From Candidatus Binatia bacterium (lineage in GTDB: Bacteria; Desulfobacterota; Binatia; HRBIN30), in contig JBBRSP010000004.1 of assembly GCA_038245295.1 (NCBI GenBank), forward strand, positions 128,001 through 192,000: 64,000 nucleotides of DNA. Reading direction: 5' to 3'. Under the pieces are notes generated by a model. That model searched no databases and was not told the DNA's origin. It saw nothing but the letters and a program-made list of their open reading frames with translations. The position numbers and the translations under genes were made by a program. Positions 50,089 through 60,555 of this stretch are shown here, in pieces. Each line of letters opens with the position of its first letter. Positions within the stretch are counted from its first letter, which is position 1.

Positions 50089-50766
50089 TTACCGTCGTCT
50101 GGCGCGCGTCCGGCTAAGCTGCCAGTGGTCGATCGCAGCCGCAATCGCAGCGCCCAGGCAGGCGGCCGCCATGTCCTTTTGCGCATCCCAGACATCGCCC
50201 TGCGTCCCGAGATACGCCGTACCGGCGGCGGGATCGGCAATGCTGGCAACGACCCACTCGATCAACTCGTAAGCGACGCTCCAAAACGCCACGGCGGCGA
50301 AGCTCAAATACGCCAAAGACGTCGCTCCGAGGTTGACACGGCGGCGCAGGGCCAACTCGCGAATCGGACGCAACATGAGAAGGCCGAAGCTGAAGTGGAC
50401 GAGGCGGTCGTAGTGATTGCGCGTCAGCCCGAGTAGCTCTCGCATCCAATCACCAGCTGGCACCTCCGAATAGGTGTAGTGGCTGCCGATCGTATGCAAC
50501 GCCAGGAACACGGCTGCCTGCGCGTAGGACTGATCCGAGAAGCGAAACCGACGATACGTCAGAACGGCAAGCGGAAGCCCGACGAACGTGAGAAGATTCT
50601 CGAGGACCCAGTCAGCGCGGTTCACCGGCTGGATTGCCAATATTGCCCAAAGAGCAACAAAGATGACGAGGCATGCAGCCGGGATTCGGTCGGCGGAACG
50701 GCTCGATCGAGTCACGCCCCGTCCTAAGCGCGGTGCCACGGGAAGCACAAGCAGATCGACCGCCAC
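50089..50766 (-). CDS. DUF2238 (YjdF-like) inner membrane protein
   Basis: Motifs DWVLEN, GSHYTYSEVP, RNHYDRLVHF and GTQGDVWDAQKDM. Confidence 0.88.
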   Translation of the reverse strand: MAVDLLVLPVAPRLGRGVTRSSRSADRIPAACLVIFVALWAILAIQPVNRADWVLENLLTFVGLPLAVLTYRRFRFSDQSYAQAAVFLALHTIGSHYTYSEVPAGDWMRELLGLTRNHYDRLVHFSFGLLMLRPIRELALRRRVNLGATSLAYLSFAAVAFWSVAYELIEWVVASIADPAAGTAYLGTQGDVWDAQKDMAAACLGAAIAAAIDHWQLSRTRARRR

Positions 50767-50846
50767 AGCTTGCCTGCCGGGGAATGGTTGCGGTAGGTGT
50801 CACGGTCTCGCGGTGGTGAAGAGAATATGCCGCGAACGAGGAATGT

Positions 50847-51074
50847 TTGTTGTACTTGCGTCATTCGTCACCCTTCAGCGCCGTACTCGTGGCGACACAG
50901 ACGGTTTGGCTCGTCGCGTCTGTGGCGTTTGCCATACTCACCAGCCTGGCGGATGGCGGCGCCATCTTCTCTCCCCAGATGCGGACGGGAGACACCGGCA
51001 GCTTCAGTCAGAGCAAGCTGCACCCTATGGAAGCAACCATGGAGCGTCAGTTGGAAGCCGAGAGCAGCACCTGA
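50847..51074 (+). CDS. Possible small membrane ORF ahead of the EPS cluster
   Basis: One hydrophobic stretch; its stop overlaps the next start (TGATG); TTG start is weak. Confidence 0.3.
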   Translation: MLYLRHSSPFSAVLVATQTVWLVASVAFAILTSLADGGAIFSPQMRTGDTGSFSQSKLHPMEATMERQLEAESST

Positions 51075-51943
51075 TGTCTGGCGCGGTTCTAAACGCCCTC
51101 AGCATCGACGTAGAGGAGTACTTCCACCCCAATGCCATGGATGATGTCGTCGCACCGGCGCAATGGGACTCGTTGTCGCCGCGTGTCGAGGCCAACACCC
51201 GACGCATCCTGGATCTACTGGATGAGTCTTCGGTACAGGCGACATTCTTCGTCCTCGGCTGGGTGGCCGAACGCTCGCCGCAACTCGTCCGCGACATCGC
51301 CGCCCGTGGCCACGAGGTTGCCTCGCACGGGCATACCCACCGTCTCGCCTATCGTCTCGGCCCCGAGAAGTTCCGCGCCGACGTATACCGCGCCAAGCGC
51401 AGCCTGGAGGACCTCCTCGGCCGACCGGTGCAAGGTTTCCGCGCCGCGAGTTGGTCGGTTGTCGATACCAGTTTGTGGGCGCTCGATATCCTCATCGAGG
51501 CCGGCTTCCTCTACGACTCCAGCATCTTCCCCATTCGCCATGATCTCTACGGCATCCCGAATTTCGACCGTTTCCCGGCGTACATCGAACGCCCGTCCGG
51601 ACGCATCCTGGAAATCCCGGCCAGCACGGTGCGTTGGGGCGGCGCGAACTGGCCGGCGGCCGGAGGAGGCTATTTACGCCTGTTGCCGTTTGCGTTCACG
51701 CGTTGGGCGATTCATCGATTGAACGAACGCGAACACGCTCCGGCCATGGTTTACCTGCACCCGTGGGAGCTCGACTCGGAACAACCGCAACTGCCGGCGA
51801 GCTGGGTCACGCGAACGCGGCAGTATCACAACATCCACCGCACCGAGCCACGACTGCGCCAACTGCTCGCCGAGTTTCGCTTCGGGCCGTTGCGGGAAGC
51901 GTTCGCCGGCGCTTTCAGCCCTTTGCCCGACGGTTGGTCGTAG
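51074..51943 (+). CDS. XrtA/PEP-CTERM system polysaccharide deacetylase (DUF3473)
   Basis: Motifs SIDVEEYF, ATFFVLGWVA, HEVASHG, GGGYLRL and YLHPWELD. Confidence 0.9.
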   Translation: MSGAVLNALSIDVEEYFHPNAMDDVVAPAQWDSLSPRVEANTRRILDLLDESSVQATFFVLGWVAERSPQLVRDIAARGHEVASHGHTHRLAYRLGPEKFRADVYRAKRSLEDLLGRPVQGFRAASWSVVDTSLWALDILIEAGFLYDSSIFPIRHDLYGIPNFDRFPAYIERPSGRILEIPASTVRWGGANWPAAGGGYLRLLPFAFTRWAIHRLNEREHAPAMVYLHPWELDSEQPQLPASWVTRTRQYHNIHRTEPRLRQLLAEFRFGPLREAFAGAFSPLPDGWS

Positions 51944-51947
51944 GCTC

Positions 51948-53087
51948 ATGAAGAAGGTCGTTGCCGTCGTCGGCGCACGCCCGAACTATATGAAGATGGC
52001 ACCGATCCTTCGCGCCGCGCAGCGAGCCGACCGCGCCGCCAAGCTGCGATTCGTGCTCGTTCACACGGGACAACACTACGATGAACGGCTAACGGCGCGG
52101 GTGTTCGAGGATCTGCAAATGCCCGTCGCGGATCATTCCCTGGCTGTCCCGCCGGGTTCGAGCATTCAACAACTCGGCACCATTGCCGCTCGCCTTGAAA
52201 CCACGCTTCAACAAGAACGACCCGATCTGGTTTTGGTCGTCGGCGATGTCACCTCCACCCTCGCTGCCGCGTTGACGGCCAGCAGCCTGGGCATTCGCGT
52301 CGCGCATGTCGAGGCGGGGCTGCGCAGCTTCGACCGGCGCATGCCCGAAGAGCGTAATCGCGTCCTCATCGATCAGCTCGCGGATCTCCTCTTTACGACC
52401 GAAGCGAGCGCCGCTGCGAATCTCACCCGTGAAGGGTTGGCGCACCGCCCCATCCACCTGGTTGGCAATGTCATGATCGACAGTCTGCGGGCAACGCTGC
52501 CGGCGGCGCAGAATAGTAAACTACTCGCCGAGCTCGGACTCACCGGCGAGAACGGCAGCCGCCGCCCGTACGTCCTCGTCACCTTGCACCGACAATCGAA
52601 CGTCGACCGCCACCAAGATCTGCAAGGGATTCTCGCCGCTCTCGAAGCGTTGGCGCAGAGCTACGCGGTCGTCTTCCCACTGCATCCGCGCGTCGAATCG
52701 CGCCTGACGGAGTTCGGCTTGTGGAGCCACGTCGAGACGGTGGAACGCCGACGAACCCCGATCGCCGGCCGCATCTGGGCTCTACCGCCGCTCGGTTATG
52801 TCGACTTCCTCGGGTTGATGGCGAAGGCCGATGCCGTACTCACCGATTCCGGCGGCGTGCAGGAGGAAACCACCGGACTCGGCGTGCCCTGCCTGACTCT
52901 TCGCGATCACACCGAGCGCCCCATCACCATCACGCACGGCACCAATCGGCTCATCGGCTCCGACCCGAGCGCGATTGCGGCGGCCATGGCTGCCATCCGG
53001 CAACGTCAGCCTCGGTCTGAGTTGCCACCCTTCTGGGATGGGCACGCCGCCGAACGTATCGTTGCCGTGCTCGAGGATTACGTCTGA
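51948..53087 (+). CDS. wecB: UDP-N-acetylglucosamine 2-epimerase (non-hydrolysing)
   Basis: Motifs GARPNYMK, HTGQHYD, HVEAGLRS, TLHR and TDSGGVQEE. Confidence 0.93.
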   Translation: MKKVVAVVGARPNYMKMAPILRAAQRADRAAKLRFVLVHTGQHYDERLTARVFEDLQMPVADHSLAVPPGSSIQQLGTIAARLETTLQQERPDLVLVVGDVTSTLAAALTASSLGIRVAHVEAGLRSFDRRMPEERNRVLIDQLADLLFTTEASAAANLTREGLAHRPIHLVGNVMIDSLRATLPAAQNSKLLAELGLTGENGSRRPYVLVTLHRQSNVDRHQDLQGILAALEALAQSYAVVFPLHPRVESRLTEFGLWSHVETVERRRTPIAGRIWALPPLGYVDFLGLMAKADAVLTDSGGVQEETTGLGVPCLTLRDHTERPITITHGTNRLIGSDPSAIAAAMAAIRQRQPRSELPPFWDGHAAERIVAVLEDYV

Positions 53088-53098
53088 GCCGCGATCGC

Positions 53099-54160
53099 AT
53101 GGACTTCGCCCGCGCCGCGCCACCTGCCGGTATCAGCGTCGAGGTCGTTGATAACGACAACGCGTCCTGGGATGCGTTCGTGCGCCGCACGTCGGCATCG
53201 ACGCTGTTTCATCGGATGGCCTGGCGACATGTCCTTGAGGAGACCTTTCAGTACCGAGCACGCTACCTGACGGCACGTCAGGCGGGAGAAATCATCGGGG
53301 TCCTGCCACTCTTCGAGCTTGGGCGAGCGCGCCAACCACGTTGTCTCTTGTCGCTCCCGTTCGCCGTCGAGGCAGGCATCTGTTCCGATCACGCCGAGGC
53401 TCGGCAACAACTGGCCGACGCTGCCATCGAACTGGCCGCCGAGTCCAACGCCGGGTATGTCGAGTTGCGTGACACGTGGGACAGCCCCGGCTTCCTGGCC
53501 GAAGAGGGGCAAAACTTCCGCTTTCGGCGCTCGCTACATTCCAGCGATGCGGAGAACCTGGCGTGCATTCCACGCAAACAGCGGCGCATGGTGCGAGTCG
53601 GCCAGAACGCCGGTCTGCAGTCGCGGCTCGAAACGGACGGCACTGCGCTGCTGCACGACCTCGCGGCTTACTCGATGCAACGTCTTGGGTCACCCGTTTT
53701 CCCGCGCCGCTACTTCGAGTCTTTACGGCGACACCTGGGGGACGACTGCGAGATCCTCAGCGTCTGGCACGACTCGACCCCGGTGGCCGCGGTCATGAGC
53801 TTCTACTTCCGAGACACGGTCATGCCCTACTACAGCGGCTCTCGCCGCGAGTTCTTCGGACATGCCATCAACGACTTTCTCTATTGGGAAATGATGCGCC
53901 GCGCCCGCGCCCGCGGCGCCACGCAGTTCGACTTTGGCCGCAGCCGCAAAGGGTCCGGTGCCTATCACTTCAAGCGCCATTGGGGCTTCACACCCGAGCC
54001 GATGCGCCACCGCGTGTGTGTCCGGGGCGGCGCCGCTCCGTCCTCATCAACCACAACGAGCCTCGGGTTGGCGCGCTCATTCTGGCGGCACCTCCCTCTA
54101 CCGCTGACCAAACAGCTAGGACCGGTTCTCATGAAGTATCTCGGCGTGTACTACACCTGA
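53099..54160 (+). CDS. FemAB-like (GNAT) XrtA/PEP-CTERM system-associated protein
   Basis: Motifs LSLPFAVEAG, IPRKQR and FDFGRS...FKRHWG. Confidence 0.85.
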   Translation: MDFARAAPPAGISVEVVDNDNASWDAFVRRTSASTLFHRMAWRHVLEETFQYRARYLTARQAGEIIGVLPLFELGRARQPRCLLSLPFAVEAGICSDHAEARQQLADAAIELAAESNAGYVELRDTWDSPGFLAEEGQNFRFRRSLHSSDAENLACIPRKQRRMVRVGQNAGLQSRLETDGTALLHDLAAYSMQRLGSPVFPRRYFESLRRHLGDDCEILSVWHDSTPVAAVMSFYFRDTVMPYYSGSRREFFGHAINDFLYWEMMRRARARGATQFDFGRSRKGSGAYHFKRHWGFTPEPMRHRVCVRGGAAPSSSTTTSLGLARSFWRHLPLPLTKQLGPVLMKYLGVYYT

Positions 54161-54166
54161 CCGTTC

Positions 54167-55399
54167 ATGCGCATCTTGTACCTCACACCACGCATCCCCT
54201 ACCCGCCGAACAAGGGCGACAAGGTGCGTACGTTCAACACCCTGCGCTACTTGTCACGACGGCATTCGGTGACACTCGTCAGCCTCGTGGATCACGGTGA
54301 CTCGGTCGAGCACCTCGCACCGCTACGCGCGCTGTGCGACGAGGTGGTGTTGATCGACAACGGGTTGGCTGGTGCCCGAACGCGCGCCGGCCTCGCCCTG
54401 GTCCTCGGCAAGTCAGCCAGCGAAGGTTTTTTCGGCAAGGGTAGCATGCGGCGCACAGTTGCGTCGCTCTGCGAACACAGGTCGTTCGATACGATCCTTG
54501 TGATGTCGTCGGCCCTGGCGCAGTACCTACCCGACGCGGGAAGGGAACATCGCGTCGTCGATGTCGTGGATGTCGACTCTGACAAGTGGCGACAGTTCGC
54601 AACCAACACGGCACCACCGCTGTCCTGGCTGTTCCGACTCGAGTCGCGGCGCGTTGCACGCCTCGAATCGGAACTAGCGCATTGCGCCGACGCATTGGTT
54701 TTCATCTCGATCCCCGAACGCGAGACATATCGTCATCATCAGCGCACCGAGGTCCCAACCTTCGTTGTACCTGTTGGTGTCGACACAACGCATTTCGCGC
54801 CTTCTACGCCACCGTGTGGATTCATCCCGCCGCGACTCTTGTTCACCGGTGCCCTGGACTACCGTCCGAACATCGACGCGCTGCAATGGTTCATGAGATC
54901 GATCCTCCCGCTCATCCGGCTCGAGATCCCCGCGATCCGCCTCATCGCGGTCGGCCATCGGCCGTCCCCCGCCGTGCGGCGTCTGGCACGACGCCACCCC
55001 GTCGACTTGGAGATTCGTGGGTCGGTGCCCGACATCCGTCCGTTCTTCGCCGAGGCGACCGTCTTCGTCGCACCACTGCGCCTGGGCCGCGGCATGAAGG
55101 TTAAGATCCTCGAAGCGATGGCCATGGGCACGGCAATCGTCGGCACATCGGTTGCCGCGGCAGGAATCGATGTGCGCAGCGATCGCGAAGTACTGATCGC
55201 CGACTCTGCGGAGTCGTTTGCCCGAGCGGTGGTCAAATTGCTGCAGGACGATGCCTATCGACTTCAGCTAGCGGGCGCCGCACGGCGCAAGATCGAGGCC
55301 CTCTATACGTGGGAAGCACCTCTCGCGGCGATGGAGCAAGTACTGACACCGCCACGCGCGCCACAAGCGACGACGGATTCGCCGGAGTACCCAGCATGA
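54167..55399 (+). CDS. GT4 glycosyltransferase, PEP-CTERM-associated type
   Basis: Motifs RIPYPPNKGDKVR, DVDSDKW, FTGALDYRPN and KILEAMAMG. Confidence 0.88.
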   Translation: MRILYLTPRIPYPPNKGDKVRTFNTLRYLSRRHSVTLVSLVDHGDSVEHLAPLRALCDEVVLIDNGLAGARTRAGLALVLGKSASEGFFGKGSMRRTVASLCEHRSFDTILVMSSALAQYLPDAGREHRVVDVVDVDSDKWRQFATNTAPPLSWLFRLESRRVARLESELAHCADALVFISIPERETYRHHQRTEVPTFVVPVGVDTTHFAPSTPPCGFIPPRLLFTGALDYRPNIDALQWFMRSILPLIRLEIPAIRLIAVGHRPSPAVRRLARRHPVDLEIRGSVPDIRPFFAEATVFVAPLRLGRGMKVKILEAMAMGTAIVGTSVAAAGIDVRSDREVLIADSAESFARAVVKLLQDDAYRLQLAGAARRKIEALYTWEAPLAAMEQVLTPPRAPQATTDSPEYPA

Positions 55400-56613
55400 A
55401 TCGGGTGTTACTCATCAACGCGCAGTTCCCGCCCGATCCGGCAGTCGGTGGTATGCGTCCAGCCGCGTTTGCGCGCCACCTGCCGCAGTTCGGCTGGGAG
55501 GCCTGTGTCGTCGCACGGCGTCTGCGCGACGGCGACAACGGATCGACTGAGCCGGGTGCTCGACGTGTCGAACGCGCCTGGGGTGGCGACTCAAAGCGGT
55601 TGTTCGGCATCGGCGGCCACTATCCTTCTCTCACGGCCCTGCCGGACCGCACCATCTCGTGGCTGCCTGCTGCGGTGGCGCGAGGGCTTCGGCTGATCAG
55701 CCAGGAGAATTGCGCGGTGCTGCTGAGCAGCAGCCCGCCGAGCACCGCACACTGCATTGGCATGGTCTTGAAGCGCCTGACCGGCCTGCCCTGGATAGCG
55801 GACCTGCGCGACCCGTGGCGCGGCATCACACCCGGCGGGCGCTGGCACCGCTCGCTGGATCAACGACTAGAAACTGCCGCGATGAGACGGGCTGATGCGA
55901 TAGTCGTCACGACACCGAGCCTCGGCGAACACCTGACGGAGCGTTTCGGTCCCTCCGTGGGCGGCAAAGTTACGGTCATCCGCAATGGCTTTGACGAGGA
56001 GATGTTCGCGCGACTCGCGGCACCTCAGCCCGCGACACGTTTTGAGTTGGCCCACCTCGGCAGTCTCAACAGCTATCGGGAACCCCGATCGCTGCTCGTC
56101 GCTCTACGCGACGCCCTGCGCCACGGCACGGTTCCAGCCGACACGCTGATTCGCTTCGTTGGCAGCATCGACGCAGCAAGCGACGCCCTCCTGCACCAAG
56201 CGGCAGAAGAGTTGGAAGTAGCCGAGCATGTGCAAATCGAACCACGCTGCCCTCAGGAGCAGGCGCTCGCCATCATGCTGCAAGCGTCGGCGCTCTTGCT
56301 ACTGCAGCCCAGCGCCGAAACGGCGCCGTGCATTCCCACCAAAGCGTTCGAGTATCTGCGCTCCAATCGTCCCGTGCTCTGCGTGGCTCCGGCCGGCAGC
56401 GAGACCCGCCGCTTTGTCGAAGGGTTTGATCTCGTGTTTACCGCCAGTGCAGACGACCCGACCGCCATTCGCCGCCAGATCGAAGCCACACACGTCGCTT
56501 GGCAACAAGGCCTGGCGGCGCAGCGCGATGTCAGCAGCCACAGCCGCCGGGAAGCGACGGCGATGCTGGCCGGCGTACTTGACCGACTCACGGAACACCG
56601 GGCCGGGGTATGA
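55396..56613 (+). CDS. GT4-like glycosyltransferase
   Basis: Motifs SSPP, WIADLRDPW, NGFD and PTKAFEY. Confidence 0.85.
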   Translation: MNRVLLINAQFPPDPAVGGMRPAAFARHLPQFGWEACVVARRLRDGDNGSTEPGARRVERAWGGDSKRLFGIGGHYPSLTALPDRTISWLPAAVARGLRLISQENCAVLLSSSPPSTAHCIGMVLKRLTGLPWIADLRDPWRGITPGGRWHRSLDQRLETAAMRRADAIVVTTPSLGEHLTERFGPSVGGKVTVIRNGFDEEMFARLAAPQPATRFELAHLGSLNSYREPRSLLVALRDALRHGTVPADTLIRFVGSIDAASDALLHQAAEELEVAEHVQIEPRCPQEQALAIMLQASALLLLQPSAETAPCIPTKAFEYLRSNRPVLCVAPAGSETRRFVEGFDLVFTASADDPTAIRRQIEATHVAWQQGLAAQRDVSSHSRREATAMLAGVLDRLTEHRAGV

Positions 56614-58091
56614 GTCGACCGGCAACTCCCCGGGGCATCACCAATGACGTCGGGCGCTACTACGCCCTCCAGGCGGCGGTGGTCGCCGGCGGACTGATCT
56701 CGATGCCGATCACAACGCGATTGCTCAGTCAGGCCGAATACGGCCGGTTGAGCCTGGTGTTCGCGTTTGTCAGCTTCGGGACCGTTGTTGGGCAGCTGGG
56801 CTTCGCAAACGCCATCGCTCGCTTCTATGCGGAGCGTGAATCAGTCGGCCCGGCAGCGACACGGCAATTCTGCGAAGCAGTCTTTACGGGAGCCCTCGTA
56901 TCGGGATCGCTGCTGACGATCGTCCTGACGCTCACTCTGACCGGAGTGTTTGGATGGAGCCCCGGCGACTCACCCATGCTCCTTACCCTGGCGGGCGTGA
57001 TTGTCGCGACCCGGGTCCTGATGACCGTTCTATTCGCCATCTATCGCAGCCGCCAGTCGGTCGGCGCCTTCGCCGTTGGCCGCCTCGCTTGTCAGTGGGG
57101 CATCATTGTCCTGGCCACCACGCTGCTCCTGTTGCGCCCGGCAGCCGCCACGGTGCTCGCGGCAACAGCCGTCATCGAAGGTGTCGTCACCAGCTTCTGC
57201 TTCTTGCATCTGCGGCGTCTGGACGTGCTGCGGCGACTGCGTTGGTCGTCGAAGACCTTGCGGCAAGCCAATTCGTATGGCTGGCCGCTGGCCTTCGCCG
57301 GCGCTGCAGCCATCTTCACGGCCTACGCCGACCGTTTCCTGATCGAACGCTATCTCGGTGTCGCCGCTGTCGCACAGTACTCAGTGCCCTATGATCTCTC
57401 GTCCGAGCTGGCGCGGACCATGCTGTTACCAATCCAGACCGCTGTGCTGCCGGCCATCTTCCGTCTGTGGGCGGCCGGGCGGAAGGACGAGGTGCGCCTT
57501 TCTCTTTCGGTTCTGACCACCAACCTTCTCGCCTTTGCCTTGCCGATCGGGGCCCTCTTTGCCGCCCTGAACGGCGAGATCATCACACTCCTGGCTTCCG
57601 CCAAGTACCACGATTCGGCGGCGTTGACGGTGTACCTGCTACCCGGTGTACTGCTCAACGAAATGACCTTCCTGTTCGCCATCGGTTTGCGTCTATCCCA
57701 AGAGACGCGCGCCGCCGCGCTGATCTCGGTGGCCGGCGCGGGTCTCAACATTGCGGTCAACGTGGTAACCCTGCCGCGTATCGGACTCGCGGGCGCTGCC
57801 GCGGCCACTTCGTTCACGTACTTGGCGGTGACGGTGGCATTGTATTTCTGGTCGCGTCCGGTGCTGCGTCTGCGCATCCGTGGCAACCTGTTGCTCAAGT
57901 CGGCTCTGGTGACCGCACTCATGCTGCTGGCCGTACGGGGTGTCGGACCGATCGCCACGTGGCTCCCTCTCGACATCGCCATCCGCGGCTGCGGCGGCGC
58001 CTTCATCATCGCCGCTTGTCTGATCGGCGGTGATGGCGAGCTACGACGCACCGTTCGCGACGCGCTGCCCACAAGAAAGCTCATCGCGTGA
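56610..58091 (+). CDS. Wzx-type oligosaccharide flippase
   Basis: PITTRLLSQAEYG and DRFLI motifs; about 12-14 TMs. Confidence 0.85.
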   Translation: MSRPATPRGITNDVGRYYALQAAVVAGGLISMPITTRLLSQAEYGRLSLVFAFVSFGTVVGQLGFANAIARFYAERESVGPAATRQFCEAVFTGALVSGSLLTIVLTLTLTGVFGWSPGDSPMLLTLAGVIVATRVLMTVLFAIYRSRQSVGAFAVGRLACQWGIIVLATTLLLLRPAAATVLAATAVIEGVVTSFCFLHLRRLDVLRRLRWSSKTLRQANSYGWPLAFAGAAAIFTAYADRFLIERYLGVAAVAQYSVPYDLSSELARTMLLPIQTAVLPAIFRLWAAGRKDEVRLSLSVLTTNLLAFALPIGALFAALNGEIITLLASAKYHDSAALTVYLLPGVLLNEMTFLFAIGLRLSQETRAAALISVAGAGLNIAVNVVTLPRIGLAGAAAATSFTYLAVTVALYFWSRPVLRLRIRGNLLLKSALVTALMLLAVRGVGPIATWLPLDIAIRGCGGAFIIAACLIGGDGELRRTVRDALPTRKLIA

Positions 58092-59254
58092 GCCCAGCGT
58101 CCGATCGACAACACGTCCGTATCCTTCATGTCTTGCAGCACTTCGGGGTCGGCGGGGTGCAACGCCAGTGTGCTGCTCAATTGGCTTCGATGTCTGGTCG
58201 TTTCGAACACTGCGTCGCCGCGCTGAACGGCGACCTGCGCATGCGCGCGGCAATCCCGGCGCGCTGCCACATCGAGTTCGTCCGTGCTCCGGGTAAACAG
58301 CGATCGCGACCTTACTTCGCTACCGTTTTACCGTGGCTGCGCGCCCAGCGCCCCGATCTTCTCCTGACCTATGGCTGGGGCACCAGCGACGTGCTGTTCG
58401 CCGCCCTGTTGTTGGGCATGCCGCGCGTGGTCCACGCCGAGCACGGCTTCGGCCCCGACGAGTTGCCGAATCAATTGCGCCGACGCCTGTGGGCGCGACG
58501 GTTGCTCTACCGTCGCGTATCGCGCCTCGTCGTCCCGTCGCGCACGCTCGAGCGTGTGGCGCGCGACCTCTGGTTGCTGCCGCAGCAGCGTATCAGCTTC
58601 ATCCCCAGCGGGGTCGATACGACTCATTTTCGAACGGGCAGCGGCGCCGCGGTGCGCGCCGAACTCGGAATTCCCGCGGACGCCGTGGTCCTCGGGAGTG
58701 TCGGCCGACTCGACGAGGGCAAAGATGTCGATCGCCTCATCACGGCAGCCGCCGCCCTCCCAAGTTTGCCCAAGATACACATCATTCTGGTGGGCGATGG
58801 AAATGAGCGTGGCAGGCTCGCGGCGCTCGCGATACAGCGCGGGCTTTGCGAGCGCGTTCACTTCGTTGGGTTCAGTGCCGACCCCTATCCGTACTACCTG
58901 GGATTCGACGTCTTCGTGCTGACATCGCGCAGCGAGCAACGGCCCTTGGCGCTACTCGAGGCAATGGCGTGCGGTTTGCCTGTGGTTGCAACCGACGTCG
59001 GGGATGTGCTCGCGATGGTCGGCGCAGCGAACCGCCCGTTCGTGGTTGCCTACGGCGGTGATCGCGCCTTGACGGATGCGTTGAAGCAACTGGTGCAAAA
59101 CGCATCCCTGCGCAAAGACCTCGGCCGGGACAATCGCCAGCGCTGCGAAGATGAGTTCGACACCGGCCAGGTGGTGGCACGATACGCGCAACTGTATGAC
59201 GACGTGATGCGCGACGCTCCAGTGCCGGAGCATGGCACGGAGAGTGAAGGATGA
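58088..59254 (+). CDS. GT4 glycosyltransferase
   Basis: Motifs HAEHG, VGRL and LLEAMACGLPVVATDVG. Confidence 0.9.
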   Translation: MSPASDRQHVRILHVLQHFGVGGVQRQCAAQLASMSGRFEHCVAALNGDLRMRAAIPARCHIEFVRAPGKQRSRPYFATVLPWLRAQRPDLLLTYGWGTSDVLFAALLLGMPRVVHAEHGFGPDELPNQLRRRLWARRLLYRRVSRLVVPSRTLERVARDLWLLPQQRISFIPSGVDTTHFRTGSGAAVRAELGIPADAVVLGSVGRLDEGKDVDRLITAAAALPSLPKIHIILVGDGNERGRLAALAIQRGLCERVHFVGFSADPYPYYLGFDVFVLTSRSEQRPLALLEAMACGLPVVATDVGDVLAMVGAANRPFVVAYGGDRALTDALKQLVQNASLRKDLGRDNRQRCEDEFDTGQVVARYAQLYDDVMRDAPVPEHGTESEG

Positions 59255-60555
59255 TGGGATCGTTTCCCGACATCGTGCTGACGGCGGTCGTCTTCTTGAG
59301 CTTGCCGGCGTGTTTCGTCTGGCCCTGGGTGGGCATCGTCGTCTGGTGTTGGCTCGGGTTCATGAATCCGCATCGATTGATGCACGGTTTCGCGCCTGAC
59401 ATGCATTTCTCACAGCTCGTCGCGATCGCCACCCTGGCGGGCTTGCCATTCACCGGCTCGCGCTACCGACTGCCGCTGACACGCGAGGTAGTGCTGCTGC
59501 TCGCCTTCTGGGGGGTAACCGTGTTGTCGACGTTTCTCACCGCAATCCATCCGCCGGAGGCGCGCCACCATTTTCTCCAGGTCACCAAGATTCTGGTGAT
59601 GAATGTTTTCCTCGTCGTCATCCTGTTTCAGGAACGTCGCAAGATCTTCGTGCTCCTCGGGGTGATGGCCCTATCACTCGGTGTCTACGCCGTGACGGGC
59701 GCCGCCTGGGCACTCGCCACCGGCTCAAGCCAGCCTATCTATGGTCCGCCCAATTCGCAGATCTACGACACCAACAATCTGGCCGGAGCGCTGGTACTGC
59801 TACTTCCGCTCGTCGCGTTCCTGCACCGCCACACCTCGTGGAATCTGGTACGCTTTCTCCTTGCGGGTACCTTCGTCGCCAACGCCCTGGCGATCCAGGC
59901 AACCTTCTCCAGGGCCGGCTTGATCGGCGCCTTCGTCGTCGGCGTCGGCCTCCTTCTGTCGCGCTACTTCAAACTGCTCGGCCTGGCGGCGGGAGTCTTG
60001 CTACTCCTATTCGTCGGACATCGTGTACCGTCGATGTGGACCTCCCGCATGGCTACCATCACCACCGTGCGACAAACCGCGACCACGGACGCGTCAGCCA
60101 TTGTGCGCCTTCACGCCTGGTATGTCGCTTGGAGGCTCGGCTGCGATCATCCGTGGCTGGGTGCCGGCTATCTGCCGTTCGCGCCTGAGGTGTACGAAAA
60201 GTACATCCCCGGCTACTCCGACTACCACTACGCGCACAACATCTTCTTGCAGGTGTTCGCCGAGCATGGCGTTCCGGGATTGCTCTTGTACGGCGCCCTG
60301 CTCGTGTGCACCCTGTTGACCTTGCAACGAATCGCGACGCAGCCACGTCACGGACCCGACGACGAATGGCTCAGCGACGCGGCGCGCGCCGTACAGTTGG
60401 CCCTTGTGGGCTACGCGACCGTGTCGATGTTCCACTGCTTGTCCTACACGGACCTTCTCTTTCAGTGCGTCGCTCTGGCAATCGTCCTCGACGTCGTCGC
60501 GCGCTCCGCCCAACAACCCGTGGCGGCGTTGCTGCGGCGACCGGGGGGCGTCTGA
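59251..60555 (+). CDS. O-antigen ligase/polymerase-like protein, exosortase A-associated type
   Basis: Motifs WLGFMNPHR, GPPNSQIYDTN, TFSRAG and AHNIFLQVFAEHG. Confidence 0.85.
   Translation: MMGSFPDIVLTAVVFLSLPACFVWPWVGIVVWCWLGFMNPHRLMHGFAPDMHFSQLVAIATLAGLPFTGSRYRLPLTREVVLLLAFWGVTVLSTFLTAIHPPEARHHFLQVTKILVMNVFLVVILFQERRKIFVLLGVMALSLGVYAVTGAAWALATGSSQPIYGPPNSQIYDTNNLAGALVLLLPLVAFLHRHTSWNLVRFLLAGTFVANALAIQATFSRAGLIGAFVVGVGLLLSRYFKLLGLAAGVLLLLFVGHRVPSMWTSRMATITTVRQTATTDASAIVRLHAWYVAWRLGCDHPWLGAGYLPFAPEVYEKYIPGYSDYHYAHNIFLQVFAEHGVPGLLLYGALLVCTLLTLQRIATQPRHGPDDEWLSDAARAVQLALVGYATVSMFHCLSYTDLLFQCVALAIVLDVVARSAQQPVAALLRRPGGV

Noticed and set aside
60306..60554. N-terminal extensions of AsnB and of the deacetylase (50588-51073) in the ORF track
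   Set aside because: AsnB needs an N-terminal Cys (MCG at 60555); the extensions overlap neighbouring genes.
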